Counted from the first letter of the stretch, positions 21,749-31,225 are shown. The stretch: DNA of 64,000 nucleotides from Alloprevotella sp. (GCA_045639805.1 JAZUDS010000055.1:1350-65349), one strand, 5' to 3'. Notes: a model not told the origin generated them from the letters alone. Made by a program: numbers and translations.

Positions 21749-23752
21749 ATGCTCCAACTCCTCCGCTCTGACCGCTGGCTCCGCCCCTTTGCCTCCGCCA
21801 TTGAGGGGCGCCACGAATGGTACCTTCATAAGAAGGCCGAACTCACCCGCAACGGCCGCAAGACGCTTTCCGACGTGGCTACTGGTCATCTCTACTACGG
21901 CCTCCATCGCACGCCCCGCCAGTGGGTGTTCCGCGAGTGGGCTCCCAACGCCACCGCCATCTATCTCATCGGCGACTTCAACGGTTGGCAGGAGACCGAG
22001 GACTTCCGCCTTCAGCCCCTCGGCGACAGCGGCAACTGGGAACTGAAACTCCCCGCCCGCGCCCTCTCTCACGGCCAACTCTACAAGATGAGCGTCCATT
22101 GGACCGGCGGACAGGGTGAGCGCATCCCCGCATGGTGTCAGCGCGTGGTGCAGGACGACCACACCAAACTCTTCTCCGCGCAGGTATGGGCCCCTGCCCC
22201 CTATCAGTGGCAGGTTAAGAAGTTCCGCCCCAAGCGCGACCCGCTCCTTATCTATGAGTGCCACGTCGGCATGGCGCAGGACGCCGAGAAGGTGGGCACC
22301 TACAACGAGTTCCGCGAACTCGTCCTCCCCCGCATCGTCCGTGCAGGCTATAATTGCATACAGATTATGGCCATTCAGGAGCACCCCTACTACGGCTCCT
22401 TCGGCTATCACGTCTCCTCCTTCTTCGCCCCTTCTAGCCGCTGTGGCACGCCCGAGGAACTCAAGGCCCTCATTGATGCCGCCCATGCCCAGGGCGTCAG
22501 CGTCATCATGGACATGGTGCAGAGCCACGCTGTGAAGAACGAGAACGAAGGCCTCGGCAATCTCTGTGGCGATCCCTGCCAGTATTTCTATCAGGGCGGC
22601 AAGCGAGAGCACAGCCAGTGGGACAGTCTCTGCTTCGACTACGGCAAGAACCAGGTCATCCATTTCCTCCTCTCCAACTGCAAGTACTGGCTCGAGGAGT
22701 TCCATTTCGACGGCTTCCGCTTCGACGGCGTCACCTCTATGCTCTACCACAGCCACGGCCTCGGCGAGTCCTTCAACGGCTACGGCGACTACTACAACGG
22801 CGGGCAGGACGACAATGCCATCTGCTACCTCACCCTCGCCAACGACCTCATCCACGAGGTCAATCCCCGCGCCATCACCATCGCCGAGGAAGTGAGCGGT
22901 ATGCCCGGCCTTGCTGCCCCCATCAAGCACGGCGGCTACGGCTTCGACTATCGCATGGCCATGAACATCCCCGACTACTGGATAAAAATCATCAAGGAGC
23001 GCAAGGACGAGGACTGGCATCCCTCCGGCATCTTTTGGGAACTCACCAACCGCCGCCGCGGTGAAGCCACCATTTCCTATGCCGAGAGCCACGACCAAGC
23101 CCTCGTGGGCGACAAGACCATTATCTTCCGCCTCATCGATGCCGATATGTACTGGCACTTCCGCAAGGGTGATGAGAACGCTGCCGCCCATCGCGGCATA
23201 GCCCTCCACAAGATGATACGCCTTGTCACCGCCTCCACTATCTGCGGCGGCTATCTAAACTTCATGGGCAACGTGTTCGGCCATCCCGAGTGGATAGGCT
23301 TCCCCCGCGGGGGCACCGGCTGGGGCCATAAGTACGCCCGCCGCCCGTGGAACCTCGTGGATAACAAGGACCTGTGCTATCATCTCCTCGGCGACTTCGA
23401 TGCCGCCATGCTCCACCTCCTCGGCCAGACGCCCAAGTTCCAGCGCACCCCCGTACAGGAGATTTGGCACAACGACGGCGACCAAATCCTTGCCTATACC
23501 CGTGGCGACCTCCTCTTCGTCTTCAACTGGAGCCCCGCGCGCTCCTTCTCCGACTACGGCTTCATGGTGCCCGAGGGCAGTTATGAGGTAGTCCTCAATA
23601 CCGACGACCCCGCTTTCGGTGGCTTTGGCTCAACGGACGACACCCTCACCCATTTTACCTCCCCCGACCCGCTCCTCGCACCCCAGCACAAAGGCTGGCT
23701 CAAACTCTATATCCCTGCCCGCTCTGCCGTGGTGCTGAGGAAGAGAGACTGA
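21749..23752 (+). CDS. glgB: 1,4-alpha-glucan branching enzyme (GH13)
   Basis: REWAPNA, IYECHVGM, SFGYHV, DGFRFDGVTSM, AEEVSG, YAESHDQ. One conserved motif is heavily substituted (see findings). Confidence 0.93.
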   Translation: MLQLLRSDRWLRPFASAIEGRHEWYLHKKAELTRNGRKTLSDVATGHLYYGLHRTPRQWVFREWAPNATAIYLIGDFNGWQETEDFRLQPLGDSGNWELKLPARALSHGQLYKMSVHWTGGQGERIPAWCQRVVQDDHTKLFSAQVWAPAPYQWQVKKFRPKRDPLLIYECHVGMAQDAEKVGTYNEFRELVLPRIVRAGYNCIQIMAIQEHPYYGSFGYHVSSFFAPSSRCGTPEELKALIDAAHAQGVSVIMDMVQSHAVKNENEGLGNLCGDPCQYFYQGGKREHSQWDSLCFDYGKNQVIHFLLSNCKYWLEEFHFDGFRFDGVTSMLYHSHGLGESFNGYGDYYNGGQDDNAICYLTLANDLIHEVNPRAITIAEEVSGMPGLAAPIKHGGYGFDYRMAMNIPDYWIKIIKERKDEDWHPSGIFWELTNRRRGEATISYAESHDQALVGDKTIIFRLIDADMYWHFRKGDENAAAHRGIALHKMIRLVTASTICGGYLNFMGNVFGHPEWIGFPRGGTGWGHKYARRPWNLVDNKDLCYHLLGDFDAAMLHLLGQTPKFQRTPVQEIWHNDGDQILAYTRGDLLFVFNWSPARSFSDYGFMVPEGSYEVVLNTDDPAFGGFGSTDDTLTHFTSPDPLLAPQHKGWLKLYIPARSAVVLRKRD

Positions 23753-23871
23753 TGCCTCCGCATGAACCAGTCAAGCGGACTTGCCATTACCGGCGAGCCC
23801 GCTTATTTATATATATAATAAGGTATGTCAACAAATGCCCGCCCTGTACCCGCAAGTTCCGGCCTAAGAAC

Positions 23872-23934
23872 ATTTCCACAACTGTGCAAATTGATTTCCA
23901 CAACTGTGCAAATTGATTTCAACATATGTGAAAA
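23872..23934. repeat. 22-bp palindromic tandem array (ATTTCCACAACTGTGCAAATTG), 3 units
   Basis: Unit starts at 23872, 23894, 23916; same family as 54485-54568. Confidence 0.85.
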
Positions 23935-24133
23935 TGAAATCGCATGCGGATAACTTTTCCCAGTCCGACGGATTAAATATTGAAATGAATAGAGGTGTTA
24001 GGGTAAACCCTATGAAACGGGTTAATGATGAGGAATAGCTAATTACAGTTAGTTTTAGGGGCCTTTTTTAGCTTAAAGGGCTAAAAATCCTTCTTTTTTT
24101 TAAGGAAAATACAAAAGATTAACATTTTTTTTG

Positions 24134-24141
24134 TAATTTTG
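24134..24141 (+). promoter_or_regulatory. -7 promoter box of the four-gene lipid operon
   Basis: TAATTTTG about 85 nt upstream of the ATG at 24227. Confidence 0.55.
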
Positions 24142-24226
24142 CACGAATTATATTAGAGACTGATTGGTTCTGAAAAGAATTGACGGCAATTTTCGCTCAT
24201 ATCGTATAAGTAATTAAGACAAACAT

Positions 24227-25267
24227 ATGAATTACCTAGATCGCAACGAGTTCAACTTCCAGCCTTCTGAAAAAGTAGTGGAAGCAATTAAAAACTTTAC
24301 CCCTGAGACACTGTGTTTTTACACCCGTATTTTTGATCAGGGAAAGAAAAGCGTCATCTCCGTACGTCTCAGTGAGATTTACGGAGTGCCTGAGGACCAG
24401 GTGCTCCTGGCATATGGTGCTGAAGAAATACTTAAGAATGCCATCCATTACTTCCTGATGGAGGGAAGCAATAAGAAAATTCTCATTCCTGAGTTCTCTT
24501 GGTGGTACTACAACCGTGTGGCAAGCGAATGTGGCGGCACGTTTGAGATGTACCCCCTCTATGAAAAGGATGACACCTTTGCCTACAACGTAGATGAGGT
24601 CATTGAATACACTAACCGTATATGCCCTCGCATGCTCTTGCTGGCATCGCCTAATAACCCTACGGGAAACAGCCTTACTCCTGAGGAAATCGGCCGCATT
24701 ATGGAGAACATTCCCTCAGAGACTATGGTGCTCGTAGATGAGGCCTACGCCAGTTTCATCAGCACGGACACCAAGTACATCGCTCCCCTCATTGAAAAAT
24801 ACGCCAACCTTATCATCTCACGCACGCTCAGCAAATTCTATGGCCTTCCCGGCTTGCGCGTGGGCTTTGCCTTTATCGGAGCGGGCCACGACCAGTTCCT
24901 TTCATACAGCAATAAATATCTGGGCTTCAATCGCTTCTCTGAGGCTGTGGCTCTTGCAGCCCTTGATAGCGACGACCACTATCGTCGCGTGGCTGATGAG
25001 ATGGAGTGGGACCGTCAGCTCTTCAAAAAAGAACTGGGCGATTTGCCTGGCTTCAAAGTGTATAAGAGCGTAGCCAACTTTATCCTCATCAAATATCCTG
25101 TAGCCATAAAAGAGGCTCTTCAGGAAGCTCTCTCCGCTCAGCAATGCAAGATTAAGTTTATGGCCGACAAGGGACTGGAGTCCTGCCTCCGCATTACATT
25201 GGGCCGCAAGGAGCAGATACAAGTTGTTGTGGATACGATAAAGAAGACTTTTGAGGCTAATCGATAA
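24227..25267 (+). CDS. PLP-dependent class I/II enzyme, HisC/CobD-like (aminotransferase or phospho-amino-acid decarboxylase)
   Basis: LDRNE, SPNNPTG, VDEAY, RTLSKFYGLPGLRVG (PLP lysine), ANFILI, LRITLG. Confidence 0.88.
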   Translation: MNYLDRNEFNFQPSEKVVEAIKNFTPETLCFYTRIFDQGKKSVISVRLSEIYGVPEDQVLLAYGAEEILKNAIHYFLMEGSNKKILIPEFSWWYYNRVASECGGTFEMYPLYEKDDTFAYNVDEVIEYTNRICPRMLLLASPNNPTGNSLTPEEIGRIMENIPSETMVLVDEAYASFISTDTKYIAPLIEKYANLIISRTLSKFYGLPGLRVGFAFIGAGHDQFLSYSNKYLGFNRFSEAVALAALDSDDHYRRVADEMEWDRQLFKKELGDLPGFKVYKSVANFILIKYPVAIKEALQEALSAQQCKIKFMADKGLESCLRITLGRKEQIQVVVDTIKKTFEANR

Positions 25268-25300
25268 GTTGCCCTTCTCATCCAATCCTTTGTACCGTTT

Positions 25301-26032
25301 ATGAAAGCAATCATCCTGGCAGCCGGTATGGCCACCCGCCTTCGCCCGCTCACTCTCAATAAACCCAAATGCCTTCTCAGTGTGGGCGAACGTCCTTTGT
25401 TGCAGCGCACGCTCGACGCTCTTATCGCTGCGGGTATTCAGGACTTTACCATCGTCACGGGATATTTGCACGAGATGATAGAGGCTTACGTCGCAGAGCA
25501 TTATCCCTCTCTGCGGGTAAATTTCATACACAACGCGCTCTACGATAAGACCAACAACATTTATTCCCTCTGGTTGGCCAGGCCAGAGGCTGAGGGGCAT
25601 GACATCCTGCTGCTCGACAGCGACCTCCTTTTTGACCCCGCCATTCCTCGTCTCGTGCTCCAACATCCGTCGTCAAACGTTCTGACGCTCATACGTCACG
25701 AATTGGGAGAAGAAGAAATGAAGGTTGTAGTGGATGGCGAAGGCCAGATTGTAGCTATCAACAAGACCTGTCAGCCCAGTGAAGCCATAGGTGAGAGCCT
25801 CGGCATTGAAAAGATGGGAGCCTCCTATACGGCAGCTCTTTATCAAGAACTCAACCGTATGATGAACGCCGAACACTTAGAGGATAAATACTACGAGATG
25901 GCTTTTGAGAGGCTTATCGCACAGGGACATACTTACACGATAGCAGATGCCACCCACTATTTTTCCTGCGAACTTGATACGGTAGAAGACTTTGAGAATG
26001 CCAAGCAGAAAATCCCTGCTTCTCTCTATTAA
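25301..26032 (+). CDS. LicC-like (phosphocholine-type) cytidylyltransferase / NTP transferase
   Basis: ILAAGMATRLRPLT, PKCLL, VTGY, TNNIYSLWLA, DSDLLF, EEEMKV, GESLGIEK, ELDTVED. Confidence 0.88.
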   Translation: MKAIILAAGMATRLRPLTLNKPKCLLSVGERPLLQRTLDALIAAGIQDFTIVTGYLHEMIEAYVAEHYPSLRVNFIHNALYDKTNNIYSLWLARPEAEGHDILLLDSDLLFDPAIPRLVLQHPSSNVLTLIRHELGEEEMKVVVDGEGQIVAINKTCQPSEAIGESLGIEKMGASYTAALYQELNRMMNAEHLEDKYYEMAFERLIAQGHTYTIADATHYFSCELDTVEDFENAKQKIPASLY

Positions 26033-26042
26033 TTCCCTTTTT

Positions 26043-27032
26043 ATGAAAATCTTTGAAGACTACAAGAAAACGCTCAAAAGCTCAGAGACCGACGATTGGG
26101 TTGACGTAAAGATAGTCCGTCCTTTTGCATATCTCTTCGCCAAGTTTTTTGCACGCTTGGGAACGCACCCTAACACCGTTACCATCATTTCTATGATTAT
26201 CGGTGCGGTCAGCGCCCTCGGCTTTATGCACGGCAGTTACTATTATGAAGGTTCCGCGGGACTATGGTTTAACATCGCCGCCATCCTTCTGCTTTTGCTG
26301 GCCGATGTCCTTGACTGTACCGATGGCCAGCTGGCTCGCATGACAGGTAAGTGCTCTCCCATGGGGCGCATCCTCGACGGCATAGCAGGCTTTGCTTGGT
26401 TTGTCCCTATCTACGTGCTTCTTGTGTATAGGTTCTACTGCCATCACTCCATCGAGTTTGGCTGGTTTGGCATAGCAGACACGTCGGAAAATGTCTTAAT
26501 AGCCACAGTCGTAGTCTTCATACTCGGCCTTCTCTCCGGCATATACGGTATTGCCGGGCAGCAGCGCATGGCGGACTACTATATCCAGGTGCATCTCTTC
26601 TTCCTCAAAGGTGAGAAGGGCAGCGAACTGGATAACTCTATGGTTCAAAAGGAGCTCTATGAATCAAAGCCGTGGAAGGGCAATTTCATTTGGAAGTTCT
26701 TCCAATGGAACTACGTAGGCTACACCCGCAAGCAAGAGAAACGTACGCCGGAGTTCCAGCATCTTTTGGCAGTACTTAAGGAAAAATACGGAACGGCCAA
26801 CAATATGCCCTCCGACGTGCGCCAGCAATTACACGATTCCTCTCTGAAACTAATGTTCCTAAACGGATTGCTCACATTCAACTTCCGCACTTTCTGGCTC
26901 GTTCTCTTCTGCCTCATAGACCTGCCTGCCGAGTTCTTCATCTTTGAAGCCGGCGTTATGTCTCTGCTTTGTTTCTATATTATTAACAGGCATGAAGCCT
27001 TCTGTCGCCGTATAGCCCAACAAATAGCATAG
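26043..27032 (+). CDS. CDP-alcohol phosphatidyltransferase family protein
   Basis: HPNTVT and DCTDGQLAR...GRILD motif, multiple TM helices; start taken at MKIFEDYK after the upstream stop. Confidence 0.9.
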   Translation: MKIFEDYKKTLKSSETDDWVDVKIVRPFAYLFAKFFARLGTHPNTVTIISMIIGAVSALGFMHGSYYYEGSAGLWFNIAAILLLLLADVLDCTDGQLARMTGKCSPMGRILDGIAGFAWFVPIYVLLVYRFYCHHSIEFGWFGIADTSENVLIATVVVFILGLLSGIYGIAGQQRMADYYIQVHLFFLKGEKGSELDNSMVQKELYESKPWKGNFIWKFFQWNYVGYTRKQEKRTPEFQHLLAVLKEKYGTANNMPSDVRQQLHDSSLKLMFLNGLLTFNFRTFWLVLFCLIDLPAEFFIFEAGVMSLLCFYIINRHEAFCRRIAQQIA

Positions 27033-27033
27033 T

Positions 27034-28071
27034 ATGACTTGGACTAAACAGAAGATAAATAACTTATTCTTCTTTATAGGTGTAGCAGCTGTAGTAATTA
27101 TGCTGTTCACCTTTGACGTCAGTTTTCCCGAGCTTTGGGAACATCTTTGTCATGCAGGCTATTGGCTTATTCCGATTGTAGGGATTTGGCTCTTTATCTA
27201 CTTTTTTAATGCTCTGGCATGGCGCGCTGTCATTCGCGGTACGATGCCCGAGCGCGACTGCCCCGTAAAGTTCCTTCGCCTTTATCGCCTCACCATCACA
27301 GGCTATGCCCTGAACTATGCCACGCCTGTGGGTGGACTTGGAGGAGAGCCGTATCGCATAATGGAACTTTCGAACCATATTGGAAAGCAACACGCCACTT
27401 CTTCCGTCATCCTATACGCGATGATGCACTTTGTGGCGCATTTTTTCCTATGGTTCTCCGCTATATTTATCTATCTCGCCCTGGTGCTTGTCAACGATTT
27501 GCCAATCACTCCGGCCATCGCCATCGTCTTGTCCATCATCGCAGCCTTCTGCCTCCTGGCCTTCTACCTCTTTGCCAAAGGCTATCGCAACGGCCTGGCG
27601 CGTAAAGGCATACGCTGGATAGGAAAGTTGCCCGGACTAAAAAAATGGAGCGAGCGTTTCCTTGTAAAACACGATGAGGATCTCAATAAGATCGACGAAC
27701 AGATAGCGAAGCTCCATGCCCAAAGCAAGCGCGCCTTCTATACAAGTTTTTCTCTGGAATACCTCTCACGTATCATTCAGAGTCTGGAGATCTTCTTTAT
27801 GCTGCTGCTCTTTGGCGTTAATGGCGGCGGAGGCCTTGAAGGCTATCTCGTCACTTTCCTTCATAGCATTCTCATTCTTTCCTTCACCACGCTCTTCGCC
27901 AATATCATAGGCTTCCTCCCTATGCAGCTCGGTGTGCAGGAGGGAGGTTTTGTCCTGTCTATTGCCGCACTTGGTCTCTCCGCTGCTCTTGGGGTGTTTG
28001 TCAGCCTCATCTGCCGTGTGCGTGAGATTATCTGGATATTCATCGGCATGGCTCTCATGAAGTTGAAGTGA
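27034..28071 (+). CDS. Lysylphosphatidylglycerol-synthase-TM / flippase-like (UPF0104) membrane protein
   Basis: NYATPVGGLGGEPYR and PMQLGVQEGG motifs; about 8 TM helices. Confidence 0.82.
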   Translation: MTWTKQKINNLFFFIGVAAVVIMLFTFDVSFPELWEHLCHAGYWLIPIVGIWLFIYFFNALAWRAVIRGTMPERDCPVKFLRLYRLTITGYALNYATPVGGLGGEPYRIMELSNHIGKQHATSSVILYAMMHFVAHFFLWFSAIFIYLALVLVNDLPITPAIAIVLSIIAAFCLLAFYLFAKGYRNGLARKGIRWIGKLPGLKKWSERFLVKHDEDLNKIDEQIAKLHAQSKRAFYTSFSLEYLSRIIQSLEIFFMLLLFGVNGGGGLEGYLVTFLHSILILSFTTLFANIIGFLPMQLGVQEGGFVLSIAALGLSAALGVFVSLICRVREIIWIFIGMALMKLK

Positions 28072-28456
28072 TTGTCGCTTCAATACCGCTTTTCGTGTCC
28101 CCTTCTTTCATTCCGGTTCATTCGCCCTCACTGTTCGCCGCGAGGGTGAGGTGTGCAGTTAAAGTAATACTTCATATAAACGCACGTAATAAAAAATTTT
28201 TGTAACTATTTTTTACACTTTTCGTGCGTTTTCTTAGCGATTTTTGGCTGTGGAGACGAGCGCGTGGAGGTTTGGACGGAAAAAACGCGATTTTTAAGAC
28301 GTCGTTACACGGCTCATTTATAGACGCTTAATTCAGCATGGCTTTTCGCGGAGATTTCTTCGGAGACGCAACACCCGCATTTAAGTGCAAAAAATCGCCG
28401 ACGGGCGGTGACTTTTTTCGCGATTTTTTCAGAAAAACGACAGGCGAGGGCGAAAT

Positions 28457-28561
28457 TAAAGCCCCTTTAGCAAAAACGACAGCCCTTTCAGTCGTGCCGA
28501 TAGCCCTTTTATTTTCGCGGATGTCCCTTTTAATTTTTCCGATGTCCCTTTTAATTGCGCG
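28457..28561. repeat. 21-bp tandem array, about 5 units, same family as 12259-12384
   Basis: Unit starts at 28457, 28478, 28499, 28520, 28541; 28520-28556 matches 12301-12337 with one mismatch. Confidence 0.85.
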
Positions 28562-28834
28562 TAAGTCGGCTATCGGGAAAACCGAAAGAGGGTGGGGGAG
28601 CAATAAATGGCGGGATGACGCGCGTTTTTCGGCTAAGTGTACGTTTAGGCCGCACAGCGCGGCGCTTTCTCCTTTTTTCGTTTTGTCACTATTTTTTTAA
28701 CTCTCAAAAAATCGTTACGGAGCGAATTATTGTTCTTCCACACAGCTGCCAGGTGTGGAGATTTCCTCTTGCCTCCTTGCTAGTAGGATGATTCATTCGG
28801 CCGTAAACAGAACTTCTCAAGGGACGTCAGCCCG

Positions 28835-29818
28835 TCAAAACGTGTAGGTCACGCCCAAGGAGCATTGGTGGGTGGAGGAGGGGGCGGTGCGATGGAGGTA
28901 TTCGGCACGCAGGCTGACCTGGGAACAGGGCCGGAACATGAGGCCGGCGGCATGTTTCAGGGTAAGTGCTCGTGTTTCCCCGGCTGCCAGTCCTTGTGGC
29001 GTAGTGTAGGCACCGTGGTGGACGTAGAACGTGAGGGCGTGCGGACGGGAAGAGTAATGGAGGAGGTTGTAGCCCGCCTCAATGCAATGAGCATAAGCCC
29101 AGTGGTCTCTATGCGTGAGCGTAACGCCAGCGCGGAGCGTCCAGGCCGCACGGGCGTAGTCGGCATCGAGACACGCCACGTGCAGGCTGTCGTCGGCATA
29201 GCAGCTCGCTCCAAGGCGGGCTGAGGAAGAGAGACGCACATCAAGGCGGGCAGCCATAGCCAGTGGAACACGCGTGCGCTCGTGGCTCTCGGCCAACACG
29301 GCTTCATATCGGAGAGCCTTGTACTCACCGCTCAAGCTGATGCCCCACTGATTCCAGGCACACGGCAGGAGGAGGGCTTCCTCCTCGTCATCGAACAGCG
29401 AAAAGCGGCGGTCGGGGTCGATTACGTTGCACTGCCCCACGGGCAACACGAGGCGCCCCACGGCGAGGCGGGCGGCAGAGGAAAATGCGTGGCCTATCCA
29501 CAGTGTTTCATAGTCAAGGTTTCCGGCGGATTGCGTGCGCACTTCCGCTGTTCCGAGGCTTACAAAGTCGTGTGTGCCGCCTTGGTCAAACATCAGCGTG
29601 CCGCACACCGTCCAATCGTTCCGCGTATAAGTGAGTGTGAGGGAAGCCTCGGGAATAAAGGCGGCTATGCGGTGGCCGGCACAACTGGCCGCCACGGCAG
29701 CAAAGCCGTGGCACTCAAAAGTCCCGTCATGGGCACGAAGAACGAGAGGGGCTGACAGAACAGCCAGTGCACTGACCCAGCGCAGCGTACGACAAGAAAG
29801 AAAAGAGGGGTGTATCAT
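28835..29818 (-). CDS. Putative outer-membrane beta-barrel / porin-like protein
   Basis: Signal-like N-terminus, alternating amphipathic strands, LRAEY and terminal SLGVTYTF. Confidence 0.6.
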   Translation of the reverse strand: MIHPSFLSCRTLRWVSALAVLSAPLVLRAHDGTFECHGFAAVAASCAGHRIAAFIPEASLTLTYTRNDWTVCGTLMFDQGGTHDFVSLGTAEVRTQSAGNLDYETLWIGHAFSSAARLAVGRLVLPVGQCNVIDPDRRFSLFDDEEEALLLPCAWNQWGISLSGEYKALRYEAVLAESHERTRVPLAMAARLDVRLSSSARLGASCYADDSLHVACLDADYARAAWTLRAGVTLTHRDHWAYAHCIEAGYNLLHYSSRPHALTFYVHHGAYTTPQGLAAGETRALTLKHAAGLMFRPCSQVSLRAEYLHRTAPSSTHQCSLGVTYTF

Positions 29819-30114
29819 GTATTATATTATTATATTATAGAACCAACCTGCAGAATATTTAGGGTTGTGGCGAGTTTGTGTATGGTGAGTGAGATTGCGG
29901 CTTTGCGAGTGCTTCCTCGCTCGAAGCAAAGAGCGGCAAGTCGGCAGAGGAGGGGCGGAACAAAGTGGAGCGTCCGACCTGCCGGTGCCGCGACCGCTTT
30001 TGCGGCTTTGCGAGTGCAAAGTTACGCAGGATAAGAAGGGCAAATTATACCTATTAGTGAGTAATTTGCAGCTGAGACCCAATGTTTTTGGTAAGAATTT
30101 CGTAATTTTGCAGC

Positions 30115-30891
30115 ATGAAACAGATTGCCACCCGCCTTGGCGATGTTGATGTCAGGGCTATGCTAAGCTACTTGCGCCGCACCCACAGCTACTTCCTGCA
30201 AGAGCGTTTTCCCACCCTGCGCGTCCAACTGACGGCAGCCATTGAAGGCTTGCAACAGAACGCCGTGGGCTTCCTCGTCCTCAAATACTTCAACCGCTAT
30301 GCGGAGGAGGTGGCCTCGCACATGCACGCCGAGGAGCACACGCTCTTCGCCTACGTAGAGGAGATGCTTGACAAGGAAGGCCCCGTGCCCAGACAAAAGC
30401 ACGCCAGCCTTATCCGCCACCACAGGGACATAGAGAACAAGTTTATGGACCTTCGGACCATCGCGAAGAAGTACCTGCCCGAAGCGTGGGACAACGACCT
30501 CCTGCGCGAAGCTCTCTATGCGCTGCACACCACGGAGGAAGACCTGCTGATGCACTGTCTTATAGAGGACAAGGTGTTCATGCCCGCAGTAGCCCGCCTG
30601 GAGGCGCAGAAGGAGCGGGGAAAGAGCGTCCGACTTGCACTCCGGCAGACGGACACCGACGAGGTGTCCCTGACGGCACGCGAGCAAGCCGTGGCCGAAT
30701 GCGTGGCGCGGGGCATGAGCAACAAGGAAACCGCAGAAAAGCTCTACATCAGCCTGCACACCGTGACGACGCACCGCCGCAACATCGCCCGCAAGCTGAA
30801 CATTCACTCCTCGGCGGGCCTGACGCTCTACTGCATAGCCAAGGGCTTACTCTGCATAGATGAGGTGAACCTGGCCGGCGGTGCGATTTGA
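30115..30891 (+). CDS. Hemerythrin-domain / LuxR-HTH fusion transcriptional regulator
   Basis: THSYF, HMHAEEHTLF, HHRDIE, HCLIEDKVFMP; C-terminal LTAREQ...GMSNKETAEKLYISLHTVTTHRRNIARKL. Confidence 0.88.
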   Translation: MKQIATRLGDVDVRAMLSYLRRTHSYFLQERFPTLRVQLTAAIEGLQQNAVGFLVLKYFNRYAEEVASHMHAEEHTLFAYVEEMLDKEGPVPRQKHASLIRHHRDIENKFMDLRTIAKKYLPEAWDNDLLREALYALHTTEEDLLMHCLIEDKVFMPAVARLEAQKERGKSVRLALRQTDTDEVSLTAREQAVAECVARGMSNKETAEKLYISLHTVTTHRRNIARKLNIHSSAGLTLYCIAKGLLCIDEVNLAGGAI

Positions 30892-31050
30892 GGACGGCAC
30901 GGTAAGGGAACATCAGGCGAACACTTGTCTTCCGCCTGTTGTACAGAGAGATAAAAGTCTATGAGATTAGCTAAGCAATGGAGACACTTATTTTAGAACT
31001 CTGGACTTTGTCCCAAGTTCTCGCTTTGCGAGCGTAAAAACGAATCCTTT

Positions 31051-31200
31051 CGCTCGGAAAAACAAAGAAAAACGCAGCTTTCCTTTGTTTTTCGCTCGCT
31101 TATTCGTAACTTTAAACTCCGTTTTTAGTTACTCACGCTCGGAAATGCTCAAATTTCGCTGCGCTTATTTGGTATTTCGCTCGCTTATTCGTAACTTTGC
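31051..31200 (+). promoter_or_regulatory. Two tandem hairpin promoter cassettes (copies C and D) upstream of kdsA
   Basis: 31051-31113 ends TAACTTTA (broken -7 box); 31136-31200 ends TAACTTTGC. Confidence 0.8.
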
Positions 31201-31225
31201 AGCGCGATAATATATATAATAAGGT

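Noticed and set aside
24227-25267. Assigning the symbol hisC or cobD
   Set aside because: No histidine or cobalamin genes are adjacent; the lipid-type context argues against a confident symbol.
29819-30030. Cobalamin riboswitch upstream of the outer-membrane gene
   Set aside because: I could not find the B12-box or the other conserved cobalamin riboswitch elements; kept only as an unexplained structured leader.
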